From Tubulanus polymorphus (Eukaryota; Animalia; Nemertea), in assembly GCF_964204645.1 (NCBI RefSeq), contig NC_134035.1:6719101-6783100 (forward strand): a stretch of 64,000 bases of DNA, written 5' to 3'. A program made the position numbers and the translations under genes. Shown here one piece after another: positions 1 to 15,000 of this stretch (position 1 is the first letter of the stretch; each line of letters opens with the position of its first letter). The notes beneath the pieces were generated by a model that saw only the letters and a program-made list of their open reading frames with translations, searched no databases and had not been told where the DNA came from.

Positions 1-37
1 AGGATTAGAAACATTATCATTTTTGTATAATTTGTAG

Positions 38-3000
38 GAAGAAGGCGATGGTGGAGGCAGGAAATCAGGTAGTGATGGAGGCAGCCCTGCGACTAGACGC
101 AGTGCTGCTGCTGGTGATGGTAGTGATGCAGATAGCGATGCTGGACCGAGTCGTAGAAATCCCGTTATCAGCCACGATGATGAAGATGCCGGAAGTGATG
201 ATGAGGAATCTGGTCGTAAGAGGAAAAATAGTTTCATCGATGATGAAGGAGATGAGGTAATTTAGAGGTGATCATTGTAATAGATCACCACCTAATATAG
301 ATATAAAAACCGATATAGGTGTAGAGGTTACTTCTTTTAAATTGGTCTGCAATACAATGTGTAATACTGATGTTTTGGGATTGTCGATGACTTAAAAACA
401 CTATTGTTAAATTTGGATTTGAAATAGCTTAGAGACACAACTCAATCTCAGTGCCATGTATCTTATACCCACCATGTATCAACTTCAGAGGTGAGGCCTA
501 CACTCGTATATCTTCAACTATTTTCCTACACCGTATTAAAGCGTGTTTGGTTCAATGATAGGAATATCATAGTGTGTTTAAAACTCATTCGTCTTAACTC
601 TAACCCATTAGCATTCAAGCCGACCGTATCCGCACTGCCTATTACTCCTCAAGCCACCCAAATCCGTCCCGGCACCTTTTAGCCTACTTTGGACTTAAGT
701 CCCAGCGGGCTATTGCGTTCACTTTTCGTCCGTCATCCGTCTGTTCGCCCATCCGTCCGTCTGTAGATGGAATCGAGTAATTTTGGAAGTTTTGAAGACG
801 CTTCAAGGTAATGTCTTGATATTTTGGTTACACATGTAGCTACCCTAGACACATCTTCAGCCCAAAAACTGGCCCTGTCAGAAACAAGATGGCCGACTGG
901 CAGCCATTGTTGTCTGCAAAATCAGCATTTTTTACACGTTTTTGAACTCTTTGAGGGAAATTTTGAAGACGCTTTGATCAATTACCTTGGTCTTTCGTAT
1001 ATATTTGAATCCCCCAAGGGCCCATCAGCATAACAAAAATTGGGTCGATCGGACTCAAGATGGCCATCCTATGGCCTTTTTAGTGCCCAAAAATATCAAT
1101 TTTTGACCAAATTCTGAGTCCTGTAGCTTCCTACTGGTTTGCCATTTCTCATTGCAATTGCTGATGGGTATTCTTTGGAAAGGGATGTTTCATACCTGAG
1201 ACTGGTATTTTCGATCAGTTAATTATGACGCAATTGGCAGCCATCTTGGTGTCATCAGTACTCATTTGTAAGTGGGAAAAAGTTTTTCGACATTATATTG
1301 ATACCTAAGCATATTTGTTAGCACAATAAATTAGAAAGTTGTAGCTTATAACGTGTTCTATGATTGTGGTGAGTTTCAAGGTCATTGGTTTTTGTATATT
1401 GCCACCAGGGGGCGTTGAATAATACAATAACTTAGTATTTCTATATTATAATTGTACCAATGCGTATTTTGTTACCTCAATCAATTGCAATGTTGTAGCT
1501 CATGACATCGTCTATGATTGTGGTGAGTTTCAAGAACATAAGTTATTCTATATGGTCAACAGGGGCGTTCAATAGTAGAATAACTTAGTATTTCCTTATA
1601 AGATTGGTACCTAGGCATATTTTGTACCACAATCAATTAAATAATCGTAGCTGCTGATATGTTCTATTATTGTGGTGAGTTTCAAGGTTATTGGTTTTGT
1701 ATATGGTCACCAGGGGGCGTTGAATATTGAAATTGTGAGATTGTTGAGCATTTGAAACCACTTCCGAAGTGGGCATGATGTCCCTGGACCCCTAATTTCG
1801 TATGCTGCACGAAAATGGTTATAGTGGTATTCGAACCCTTTAGCTTATGAATGATAAACCAGATACCCAAGTCCTCGAAATAACGGACAGAAATCAACAT
1901 CCTCTTATTTCAATTTCTCGAGTATTTCGAGTTTGAACATGACACATATGAGCGCTCACTTCAAATCCAAGCGACTTTGGGTGAATTTCGAAGGCCAAAA
2001 GGACATGATTTTGGTGGCCCACTACATCAAATCTTACATCATATGAAAGCCTTTATTATTTATTGCAAAATAACACAAACTGGTAATGCATGGAAATCAA
2101 CAGCAAATGAACTACTTATTCGGTATCGTAATGAGCTTTCACTGGATTTTCCCTTGAATTTTTGAGGAGTAATTGACACTGCATAGTGAAATTCCTGGGT
2201 GCTAATGGGTTGATTAACAATGAGATATTTGGACTTACCGTATTTTCCGGCCAATAAGCCGATTTTCTAGCCTCAGATTTTTACCCAAAATATCGTGATC
2301 GGCTTATTGGGCGGATACGATCTGACATAAAAAATCACTTCCCGATCTATGCCACTCTAATGCTCTCAATGATCGTCAAAATCAAGAAAAGTGGTCGATA
2401 TTTATTTGAGGTCATTATTTACTATCAATTATAATCTATTTTGAACTATTTTATTTTTACTTTGATTGTTCCATCACCGCACAGCGGCAATGGTATACAT
2501 TTATATAACGCGCGAGTTCATCGTACTACCACGTGTCAGTTCATACATTAGTATATATGCAAATCAGCAGTGAGCCGCGTACTGCATGTATGGCTGTGTG
2601 TATAGTAATCAGCTGAGTGAGTCTATATATAGCACAGTCACTCGGCGATGATAGTATTCACAGCACTCTCACACATCGGCGGGCGCTACTGTCAGCCTCT
2701 TAAATCGTCAATTAAGACAAACTAATTGACAAATCAGTGAATTAAAATCTCTTAATCTCTTAAAATCTCTTAAAATCGCTTTATGAAATCCATGTATTTT
2801 AGGCTAAAAAACTGCCCTCGGCTTATTGGCCGAGTCGGCTTATTGGCCGGAAAATACGGTAACAATAGATGGCGAATTCATCGCACAACATCAGTTAGTT
2901 TAATGCCCTTTACTACTAAAATAAACTATCATCAGCCGTTCTATGCAGTGTGTTAGTGACCTCATCTATTGTAATGGGGGCTGAACACTCATGAATAGGC

Positions 3001-6000
3001 ATATTTTCTGCAAAATACCCCTTCTGCACTGATGGTTGCTGCAGATTTTATCACCCTAAGAAGATATGCCGCTTATTTTAGATTTGCCTGGCAGGCAAAG
3101 AGTTAAGCATGCAGTATCAATATATGTGATTATTCATATTATTCATATCGGGGTTGACTATTTCGTACAATGTCCCGTTACACAGATTTTGAATGATTAT
3201 TTTAGGAGTTCAGAGAGGAAGATGAAGATGATGAAGATGAACGAAGGCGATTGAAAAAACGAAAAAAACTCGCCGATTTCATTTTAGACGAAGCTGGTAA
3301 GTTAGAAATAACTACTGAGGTCAGGTTATATCGTCGACCGATTTCAATCAGTAGTGTTTATAGTCCGTAGTGTGTTCACTGTGCTCACTTTCTTCGTCCA
3401 GTCGTCTCCGAGATGTATTTTCAAAAGTTTATAGAGTTTAGCCCATGCTCCATAGTTCATGGAGATGCCCGCATCGATTGTACCTATCTCTTCTCTCCTT
3501 AGCAGATAAATATCTAATGGGGGGGGGGGGGGTCCTGAACCGGATTGTGCAGCTGTCACAGTATGTTGTCATAGGATACAATTTGCAGGATTTTTATGCC
3601 CCCGGCACAAGTCTAGTTGAGGGGGTATATAGAATTACCATAGTGTGAATACGCCGGTACAAGTGATCCTAACAGCCTAGAGGCTGCAATTGCCGACCGA
3701 TTTTTCATTCAAACTATTGTTGCGTTAACAAGTCACCATCAGGTTCAAATTCCGACAATGTAAAATTTAGAAAAACGGTTATCACTGCTTTACCGATATG
3801 TATTGTATTTGAATTTGTTTACAGAGGTTGATGATGAAGGTGAAGAGGAAGAAGATGATTGGGAAGAGGGAGCTGAAGAGATCATCGATCGGAAATCAAT
3901 CATTGATTCTGGACCAAGCGCTCGTGACATCGAAGGCAAACGGCGTCTCGAACAAATGTGGAGGTATGAAAATAAATCAGTTTGGGATTTCTAATAGACA
4001 ATAGGATACTGGCACCGCTACTTTGCAAGTGAGAATGCCATGTAATTTTGATACATGTCAAACCAAAAATCAAGAGTTATGAAATTGCATGCTGAGGTTT
4101 TTTAGAGGAATTTCATAATGAATCTGAATTATGTTGTAATGTTTTATAGCCAAAAAGAAGATGAAATAGAAGAATATTACCGACGTAAATATGCAGAAGT
4201 TTCAACCGCGGAGAGATTTGGTGATGGTGAAGAGATGTCTGATCAGATTACACAACAAGGTCTCCTGCCTGGTGTCAAAGATCCTAATTTGTGGGTGGTT
4301 AAATGTCGTATGGGAGAAGAGAAGGCCACAGTGCTTCAAATAATGAGAAAGTATATCGCGTATCAGTTCACCGATGAGGTAGGTATACGTGCTCCTTAAG
4401 ACCCACCCCACTTCCCTGATACTTTTAGGTTTACAGAGACCAATTGCTCTGCCTGAAGAAAACATGATAAAAGTAACTAATTGCATTTTAGCTAAAATTT
4501 CAAATCAGATCCTCGGGGAGTATTTAAGACAGTATCAAGACAGAAAAGTTGACTTTGTCTCACTCTGACAGCTCAACTCGGACAAATGCTTCTCCAGAAC
4601 AAATCCAGATATATTTTTCTACCTTTACTTGATTTGCGTGTCTTAAGTACATATTGGTTACAATTGATGCCTTCTTATTTTTTTAGCCGCTGCAAATCAA
4701 ATCAGTGGTAGCTAAAGAAGGATTAAAAGGGTACATTTACATTGAAGCTTACAAACAAACTCATGTCAAACAAGCCATCGAAGGAATCGGAAATCTACGT
4801 ATTGGAATATGGCAACAACAAGTGAGGAAAGAAACTTATTGGCTCTTAAAAATTTCAAGGGTTTGAAATACCGAGAATTTTTCAATGGTTATTTTGTAGA
4901 TGGTGCCGATCAAAGAAATGACTGATGTTTTGCGTGTTGTCAGAGAAAAGGCAGAGTTGAAACCGAAAGCATGGGTTCGATTAAAACGAGGTATTTTCCG
5001 CGATGACTTAGCTCAGGTCGACTACGTGGAACCGTCACAAAATATGGTTCATCTGAAACTGATTCCGCGAATAGATTATACAAGAATGCGAGGTGCTTTG
5101 AGGTCATCAGGGGTGAGTAGAGACTTTATATAGAACTATCTAGACATGATGAGAAGATTCGTAGAGTAGCCGTGTTAACCGGGTTTAGAATAAATAACGA
5201 GACAAGACCTTTTAAGTACTACTCGTCTCATTATTTATTGTAGAATTATCTGTCATTGGAACAACCCTGTTCAAAAATTATGATGATTCATTTTTTTTTT
5301 GTCATACATGGGATGCCAGATTGTGGGTTCATTCTAGGGGGACAGCTCTTGGGTTCACTGTGTGGGTTCACTCTGCGAGTGCCAGGTCATGGGTCGAGTC
5401 CATTATCATTGTTTTATCGCACTATGCGAGTTGATCAGATCTATCAGTGAGGTTGAAATATTTCAATGATGATTTCAGGATGCTGAAAGACGCAAAAAGA
5501 AACGTCGTCCTGGACAGAAACTGTTCGATGTTGATGCAATCAGGTTCGTTTCATATATTTTACTACTAGTATTCGATAGAAATGGCTAGAATTGTAGATA
5601 AATTGTAGTTTCACACCTTTTGGCAATAAACTATTCAAGTCACCTTTGTTTGACTGTAGGTAAGGTATCTCTTGGCCCTTAATACTACCTGCTCCGTCCA
5701 ACGTGTGCTGCAATTTTAAAATCCCCTTTCAATATTACTTAACCCATTAGCACTCAGGAATTGCACTATGTAGTGTCAATTACTCCTCAGAAAATTCAAC
5801 GTAAAATCATTACGTAAAGTTCATTACGATACCGAATAGTTCATTTGCTGTTTATTTCCATGCATTACAAGTTAGTGTTATTTTGTAGTAAATAGTCAAG
5901 GCTTTCGTGTGATGTAAGATTTGATGAGGTGGGCCACCAAAATCGTGTCCTATCGGCCCCCAAAATTCATCCAAACTTACTTGGATTTGAAATGAGCGCT

Positions 6001-9000
6001 CAGATGTGTTAAGTTCGAACTCGAAATACTCGAGAAATTGAAATAGGAGGATGTTGATTTCTATTCGGTATTTCGAGGACTTAGGTGTGTAATTTATCAA
6101 AAGCTATTGGGTTCGAATCCCACCATAACCATTTTCGTGCAGCATACGAAAAAAGTGCGGGGGCGGATTCGGGCGGCTTGAGGAGTAATAGGCAGGGCGG
6201 ATATGGGCAGCTTGAGTGCTAATGGGTTAATTGAATTCATATGCGAAATATGTACTACAAATTCACTTCTCGATTTGAATATTTAGAAACATTGGTGGAG
6301 AAGTTACAACAGACGGTGATTTCCTCATCTTTGAAGGAAACAGATTCGATCGTAAAGGTTTTCTCTATAAGAACTTTGTCATGTCTGCCATAGTAAGTTA
6401 CGCCGTTTTGTAATGCGAATATTGTGTTTGGATGTTTTATCTAATCTATTGAAACTCTGTTCAGATTGCGGAAGGAGTGAAACCAACACTTTCTGAATTG
6501 GAAAAATTTGAAGATCAGCCAGAAGGTATTGACGTTGAATGTATCCTTTCACATAAAACAACAATCTGGAATAACATAATACGATATAGCCTACAATTCT
6601 TAAAGGATTTTCGTCGAACTTGGTTTAAGTATTGGGGCCAGTAAGCTGTCAACCCCTATCGAAAATGGAGGTCATCCAGGCCGCAGGCATAAGTCTAGTT
6701 AGAATCTTGAGTGAAAAAGTTGCTATTGCCTTACCACTCTCAATTGGCTCAAAACGTTTCGAAACTTGTCCTTTGAGACATGAACAGAAATACAAAATGT
6801 GTCACTTAGGGTCTTACCATTGATTACTGATTTCTTTAAACATTTTCTTTCATCTTTCAATGAAAATCTGTGAAATCTTTTGTCAATCTACTTATAACAT
6901 GAAACGAAGAGATGTAAATTCCTTAACGCGCTATAATATCACAGTGGTACCAGAGTCAAAATCATCAACTGAAGTAACTCATACGTTTGCATCTGGTGAT
7001 ATGGTGGAAGTGTGCGAAGGTGAATTGATTCATCTGCAGGGTAAAGTCATCCGTATAGAAGGAAATCTTATCACTGTCATGCCTAAACATGAAGATTTAA
7101 AGGTAGGAAACTTATAATAGGATCTACTGAAAATATGAGTATCTGAATGAATTTAATATTTGACACATTTGATATTTTTCCATCAGTTTATGACCTAAAC
7201 ATCATTCAATGTTTTCCCTCATCCAATGCGCATATTGTATGTACAAATAAATTTATTTCTTTAACCACCGACCTTCAATCATTATAGGTACATAATAAAT
7301 GGATGTCTTGGATACATCGATTGTTTAAATTCATGTGTTTAATCAAAATATTATATTTAATTCATCAAAAAGGCATTTCAATTGAAGTCATTGCTTGATT
7401 GTTGTTCTAAAATGACACGGTTTATTGAAGATTTCTAATTCTAACATTGAGAGTTACATAATTAGTCAGTATAACGTCTCAGAGTTACATGATAGGTGTA
7501 TTTCACTGTTGTTTTACAGGATCCAATAGAGTTTCCGTCGTATGAACTGAAAAAGTACTTCAAAATGGGTGACCACGTTAAAGTTATCGGTGGTACATAT
7601 GAAGGAGATACCGGTTTGATAGTTCGTATGTTAGACAACATGGCTGTCGTCTATTCAGACCTTACTATGCACGAAGTACGTATTATCATCGCTTCAAATT
7701 AGAGATATAATAGATTTAAGATATTATTGTTTTTTCTAAGACTTTTATCCTCCTCTACAGATGAAAGTCTTACCGAGAGATTTACAATTGTGTTCAGAAA
7801 TGGCGACCGGTGTTGATACAATGGGGCAATTCCAGTTCGGAGATCTCGTACAGCTTGAGTGAGTACATGTATATGGTATTTCCTATAGCCGCAAGATTTA
7901 ACAAATCTCAATATGCAGCAGACGTGATGAATTGATATCTCTTTCTCATTACAGTCCACAGACAGTTGGTGTAATTGTTCGACTCGAACGTGAAAACTTT
8001 CAAGTGCTGGACATGCACGGCAAAGTGAGTAATTTTGTTCAATGTATTTACTCCACTTACTGGCCGACTGGTTTCAAGCCATAAGTATTTCTTCGCTGTG
8101 TTCATGGATTCTGGTCGAGAATTCTGGTGGCAGCAGTTTCTTGATCAAGGGTTTTCCTCTTCATTTTATCAGGAAATAACCTTGACTGACTAATGATTCC
8201 CTGGCCATTTAAAAAATAAATTTAAACTTAAATCAAGAAATGATATTTTTGTACCTGGTTAACATATTTGGGTTATTCATGCAGGTTCAAACAGTCAAAC
8301 ACAACGCAGTCTCAAAGAAGAGAGACACAAGGAATGCCGTAGCTTTAGATGCTGAAAATAATAACATACAAGTGAAAGATGTAGTTAAAGTTGAAGATGG
8401 GCCACACTGTGTAAGCTATTTGTAGTCTAGACCTGCAAGTTGTGTTGTAATGAGGGTCATTTGAAAGTCACCCATGCTTTGTTTTGAGTTTATTTAAGAT
8501 AATTGATTTATTCCGAGGATGAATTTTGTTATTGTTTGTTTTATAGGCCAGGCAAGGTGAGATTAAACATCTTTACAGGCATTTCGCTTTCTTACATTCC
8601 CGTATGATGACTGAAAATGGTGGAGTGTTTGTTTGTAAGACTCGACATGTTTCCCTGGCTGGTGGCTCAAAGGTATGTGTTGTGTATTTGAAGTACACGG
8701 AATGTCATTTCATATTACTTTTTACTTCTTTAACATGTTCGCTGCCACCTAGCGGTTAAGGTCCGGTCGACATTGCCGACGCTAATTTTTGACATTATAC
8801 AATTTATATGCTGCCAGCACTATTTGTATATCGATAAACCAATACACTGATTTATTTTAGTGAAAAAACCAATGACTAGATAACTCGTCACTGGCAATGG
8901 AGAAGAGATTTTCTATTTTTACGTGTCCCCATTGCCAGTGAAAAGTGTGAAAAATCAAATAGAAATCTAAAAGAATAAAAGTTTCATTGTAAAAATTATA

Positions 9001-12000
9001 TAGAATGATTTTAGTCGTTATATTCTCTATAAATATTGACCAGAAAAGAAGCTAAAATTCTTTGCTTTCTGAAGATTTTTATTTAAGAAATTTCAAGTGT
9101 GCACCAGACTTGAGTTACCCCTATATTTAGTCTCTCCATACTGCCAGACAATTCTTAGCTGGTTTCTTGCCTCTGCCAGGTGGTTCATAACGCTATGAAA
9201 TGATGATATAATCGATGAATCGATGACGATATAACTCGTCAGCAAACTACGAAGGTACAACCACCATGACAATTTATCTCGTCGGCGGCAGCGAACGTGT
9301 TAAAAACTCAAATATCAGTCTCTGAATGAAATACTCTGATATCGAATATATACCTGTACATGTATATCTTGTAGTGAATTTTAAATTTTTCAATTAAACC
9401 AAAACCCTAGTAATTAGATGTTCATACTAATGAGAAATTCAAGACAGATAGTGTCTGCAAATTCCAGGCATATATCCATGTTCTGTTTTCGTAGCTTTGT
9501 AAAACTAAACTGGCGTAGACGGTCTGTAATCAATCTGTGTGGTCCACTACTGTGATGGTCCCTTGTTATGCAATAATTAATTCTGTTTTACAATACCACA
9601 AATTCATGGGGACTAGTCTTTATGAATTTTTGAATATACATATATGTCGCATTGTGACTGCTGATAATGCATGATATATTGACGTACCGGTATATTTGTC
9701 AGTAAACTTTGTTGACTCTATCCGTTGAAAATGGTTTATTCATTTGTTGTGATATCTCTGGAGGTAGATTCTCATAAATGAAAATTGATTGGCATATGCC
9801 ACCACCACCACCGGTGTATACGTTATTGAGTTGTTCATTGCTCTCATCTAATTCTTGATTTACAGCAAGGTACACCAAGTGGTGGTAGTGGATTTACACC
9901 GATGTCACCGCGTATTTCGAGTCCAGCTCACCCGGGTGGTGGAGGTGGTGCTGGATTCGGGGCTGGTCGTGGAAGAGGTGGTCCGAATCGACGCGATTTA
10001 GAGATCATCAATCAAACTGTAAGAATTGTTCAAGGCCCATTCAAAGGTACGTTACAACCTTCCTTCATTATTTAAACAATGACTTGCTAGTGAACAGTTG
10101 TTCAGTTAAAGCTTTAATTCAACACTCATTGAAGCTAATTTTGGTTTTATAGCTCACCTTATCTTTTACCCCCAGTCATTTTTGGACATAAGTCACAACA
10201 GTGCAACACAGGGGACTAGAAAATGTTATCACTTACAACTCATCTTTAAATTCATCATGAAATTAAGCAAGAGGAGTTGTATATTTTATTGTCTATGAAA
10301 TGAATACGATGCCTAGTTTTATGAAGCATTGTATTGCAATGATCTGGGTTGCATTATTATATACCCCTCATTTTGACCGTATACATGATATCTGTGTTCA
10401 TTTGGAAGTCTGAATCAACTAAGTCTGTGATTCACTAGGCATAATCCATCACCGGCATTCATCACATTCAATATTTGAAATTCTATTCTTGTATTTGCTC
10501 TATATACAGGTTATATCGGTATTGTGAAAGATGCTACCGATTCTATGGCCCGAGTAGAATTACACACCAGTTGTAAAACGATCAACGTTGATAAAAATCG
10601 ATTAGCTGTTCTCACGTATGTACTTTTTTCTAGGGGCTGTTTATATATGTGTCCACACCTAGAGGGAGAGGGTTAAATTTTGGGCTGGTGTGCAGAAAAC
10701 TAGATGGGCTATAGCTACATAGAATATATTTCATCGAATACAAGTTCATGATTCGGGGAGGGGGATTTTAACCCTTTTAGTACATTCTATTTATCCAAAG
10801 CTTTGGTCATTTTCTTGATGGATTATTAGTTTTAATCAGAATATCAAATTTGCTTTGTAGTGGTTCAAAAGCTGGCCGTCCGTCATCTACGTGGGGTGGA
10901 CGTACACCTGTATATGGCGGTCAGACACCTGTGTATGGATCGCGTACACCGATGTATGGTTCAGCGACTCCCCTTCACGATGGAAGCCGAACTCCGCACT
11001 ACGGCAGTCAGACACCTTCACACGAACCCGGAAGTGGTAGTCGAACACCTGGACAGAGCGTTTGGGATCCAGCAAACCCGAATACACCTTCACGGTAAGC
11101 TACTATAGATTATTTAGAATGACATTTTTTAAGTGCTTAATCAAGGGGATCAGTTATTGGGAAAGAGCTGTTAAAAGCAGGGTTAAGGTTTAGGGTTTGG
11201 ATAAGGGTAAGGTAATTTCACACCTGACAATATTCCAGAATTCAGTTGTGCTCAATTTCTGGATTTAACTGAAGTTAATAATTTCACAGAAGCTACCAGT
11301 ATCTGATCTTCAGTAGGTTTTAACTGTTATTTTACTGTCTAATTGTAGAGTGGATGATTTCAATTACAACTATGATGAACCATCACCGTCACCCTCTCCG
11401 ATGGATTACGGTGGAGCTACACCAAATCCACACACACCAGGCTATCAGCCAGATACACCAAGTCCATCCGGTCGACCTTACTCACCACAGACACCTGGAA
11501 CGGCTTATTCACCCTATCAGCCATCCCCTTCTCCCGGAGGATATCAACGTAAGTAAAAAATTCAGAAAGATGCTTGGTGCAGAAAATCTTCATTAGTTCA
11601 TGTTCTAATTTTATATCTATATAATCTTCAGATACGCCAAGTCCAGGGAGTGGTTATGGTACACCTAGTCCAAGTGGATACCAGGCAACACCATCGCCAG
11701 GCGGTTACTCCTCCCCTTCACCAATGGGTTATAGTCCGATGACCCCGGGTGCTCCTTTCACTCCCCAAACTCCGGGCGCTGGTGAGTATCCTAAATCTGA
11801 CTAGAAACCGACAAGTCGTTGCTCAATCCTCAATCATTCGATTTGATTTGAATGAATTTTTAGTATGCATTTTAGACTGGTGTGGTAATTTGAATATTTG
11901 ATGATATAACCCCTCTAGGAATGAATTTTTCGTGGGTTCATGTTTGCCATTGAAGAAAGCATTAATATTTCTATCGCCTTAGAATATTTCCTTCAGGATA

Positions 12001-15000
12001 TATTACGTGGGGCACATCTTAGAAGTTACCTTAGGGAACTCTACCGCTAAACATTTTTTGGAATACCCGGTACCGTTACGGTGTCACTGTCACGAGCCAA
12101 GTGACTCAATTTCTTCCTTAGCACCACCATTTTTGGTGTGTTTTTTCTATTGGGAGCTGCCGCTTAGATATTATTTCGTGTTCGTGTTTGAGCTTGTTCA
12201 AGATCTGTTGGTGCAGGACTGAGCTAGCACCTACACTTCTTCAGTGAGTCCGTTCCAATTCCGGTTTTACCAAACAGACTTGCAATAAATTAGATCGTTA
12301 TCTTGCGGTCAGGGCAACTGTCTCCATCCACACGTGTTTCTTTTCCACGGTAGATTGATTTGTTCAGTGACTTCTCGCTTAGCGAGCAGTCTGGGTCCGC
12401 CGACAATCTGTTATCCTAAAATGATTAATTAAGGAATTAATTATTAGATTAATTGTTTCTGAGTTTGTTTAATTTTTCGCTCTTGTTTCAGCCATTGTAA
12501 TTGACTTGATTTATGCCAGACTCTAGTCCTAGAGATAAAAAAGCCCATTCACGGGTGCATGAAATGTCTGGCACCTCCTCCCCTACTGGGGCGGTATGAC
12601 CTCTGGTAGGGTGCAGCGTTCCCTTACAGGAGCCCTCGTTGGTAAGTTCTGTGCGGCACTACCGCAACAAGTCCTGAAAAAGGCCCCCATCACTCTTGTT
12701 GCGACAGTGGCCCAAGAGCCCATTAAACCTCAGCCCGAACCATTTCCAGATTGCGCTATGGTTCTGTCCGTAAGAAAGCCAGTCCCAACCCGGCTGGAAC
12801 CAACCACTGGGTCTCGGACGGGCCTAAACAAGGCGTCATCCGAGACAACCATGCGAGCTTTGCCCCGGCTACCCGTTCACATCCGGGCCCGGGGTCCGTT
12901 GCTGTACCGATGAAAAGCCTCGACCCATTCGGTATCAGGATTTTGATCAGACGCAAATCTGCTGGACCAGGGATTGGGTCAACTCACTCAGCCGGATCAG
13001 GACTTCCATCCGTCAAACGAAAGCCAGGGCCTCTTTTTACACCGCAAGTGAGCTCACCGGTGCGTCACTCATCTGGAGAGAGGCGCAAGAGACCGTCCCC
13101 TTCGCCCTTTGGGCATGACCTCATCCACCAGAAAAATGTATAACCATTACTGGCGAAGACAGGCACGTTCCCGGTCAAGCTCCTCATCTTCCAGTAGGAG
13201 CCGGGAGCGTCCTCAACGCTATTACCGGAGCCTTCAAAGGTGTTCTTTTATCTCCTGAGCCGGCTACCTCCTCATCTGATTTTGTTACCGTTGAGGATTT
13301 CAAGGCCTTTTAGGCGGAAATATGGAGTCGGTTGGAGTTGTTTAAGCGTCACCTCAGCCTGACCTGGAGCACCTTGGCCGCTTTCATCTGAGTCGGAGAA
13401 CTCTAGTCGCGAGTATGTTCCTTACGGTCCCTGACCCCAAGGATGTTGACGAGTATTCCTTGGAGGCAGCCCACAGCGCGCGTTCAGGCTCGAGGGAGTC
13501 ATCGCCTCGGGTCCCGTCCGGAGTGACCACTTCCCATCCTCCGGTTGCGTTTGACCGACCGCCCAGTCCTACGCGCTCAATCGCCACGACCTATGACAGT
13601 GTGGCGACGGCGGATAGGCCCTTTCGTTGTCTCATTCAAGAGGTTCTCCGCAAGCTTGGCGCCACTGTTCCTAAGCCTCATAAGTCTGCAGATCAGGCAG
13701 AGTGTATGGCCTCGTATGCTGCCTACGGAGGGGACTTTCATGCTCTTCGCGAGTCCTCCGCAGTGACGGCCAAGTGGGCATGGATCAATAGGCATTAGTG
13801 GGGTCAGGGTCGGTCGACTGGGTTTGCCTATCCCCTGCCGGAATCAGGTCTCAAGCAGGGAAAGTTTTACTTTCTTTCTGAGCCACCAGTCCCCGGTTTT
13901 AGAACATCCTGATATAATACTTCCAGGTCAACTGAACATTTGCGTGGCTCGGTTGACGCAGACGTTAAATCGATTTTCTCCTCACTATCAGTTGCGCCTG
14001 TCCTTAACATTCAACCTCCTTAGGCAGGGGTAGCCTTTGGTCAATCGTTAGACTAGCTAAAGGCCCTCAGGGTACAGCTAGCAGTTGGCCTCAAGGTTCT
14101 GTCTGTGTGAACAGCTTCAAAACACTTGTGTTGAATCATGGATGTGAAGCTTGTACCCCATGGCTACATGCTACATGGCCGATTTACTTCGGCTATGCTT
14201 GGAGTAATCATTTGTCAAATGATTATTCCAAGGCCTATGTAATGCGGTACATTAAACATGTACCGCATCAATACAGTTCCATTCACTTTTCAAGTTCAAT
14301 GTCAATACTGTAACCCATTATGGAAAGTTTCTTTCTTGTTTCCGGTTGGTGTGCCCCAGTGGCAGCAGAATTTTAAAAAATCAACGAGTCACAGGCTAAG
14401 TTTCACTGACCCTTTAAGATCCCAAGGGAGCAGCCTGGGCAGACTGCCAATTCAGTGGCGTCTCCAGCGGCCCCTCCGAGCCAGTATTCGTCGTTTTCTG
14501 GACGTATCAGCCCCACTCCACGCGGTGGCGCCACTCCGCGGGATTTACGCGAAGCAGCAGAACACAAACACGGCCACTCTCAATTTTCAATGATAGAAAT
14601 CGTGTGTGCATTTCAATTATTTCGGCTGTTAGGGTTTTAAGGCACAATATAAGTTGATGATGTGATATGGCGATGTTAATTAATGATAATTCCGCAGTGA
14701 GGCTAGTCACGAACGGTGCCGATTGAGTGTACAGCTGCCAAAAACACTATAATGGGCGTAGTTGCGTAACTATTTGCAGTGAATTGCAGACGAAACATGA
14801 AGCCCTAACGGCCGTTTAAAAAAAAATTATACCAATCGCAATTGTAAAATAAAAATGAGATAGAGCCTAAGTTAAAATTCTGGCCATTTCTAAAATGTTA
14901 TTAATTATTATTACTAATTTTTAGTCAGTGCGGAACGTTTAGTTTTCCAACAATAATGAGGGGTGGTAGGTAGTCATGCAATTCAAGTCATCATTTATTA

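Noticed and set aside
48-260. 70 aa ORF from the track
   Set aside because: Wrong frame of the acidic SPT5 exon 38-256. Most other short ORFs between 1 and 29000 are likewise exon, intron or decayed-transposon by-products.
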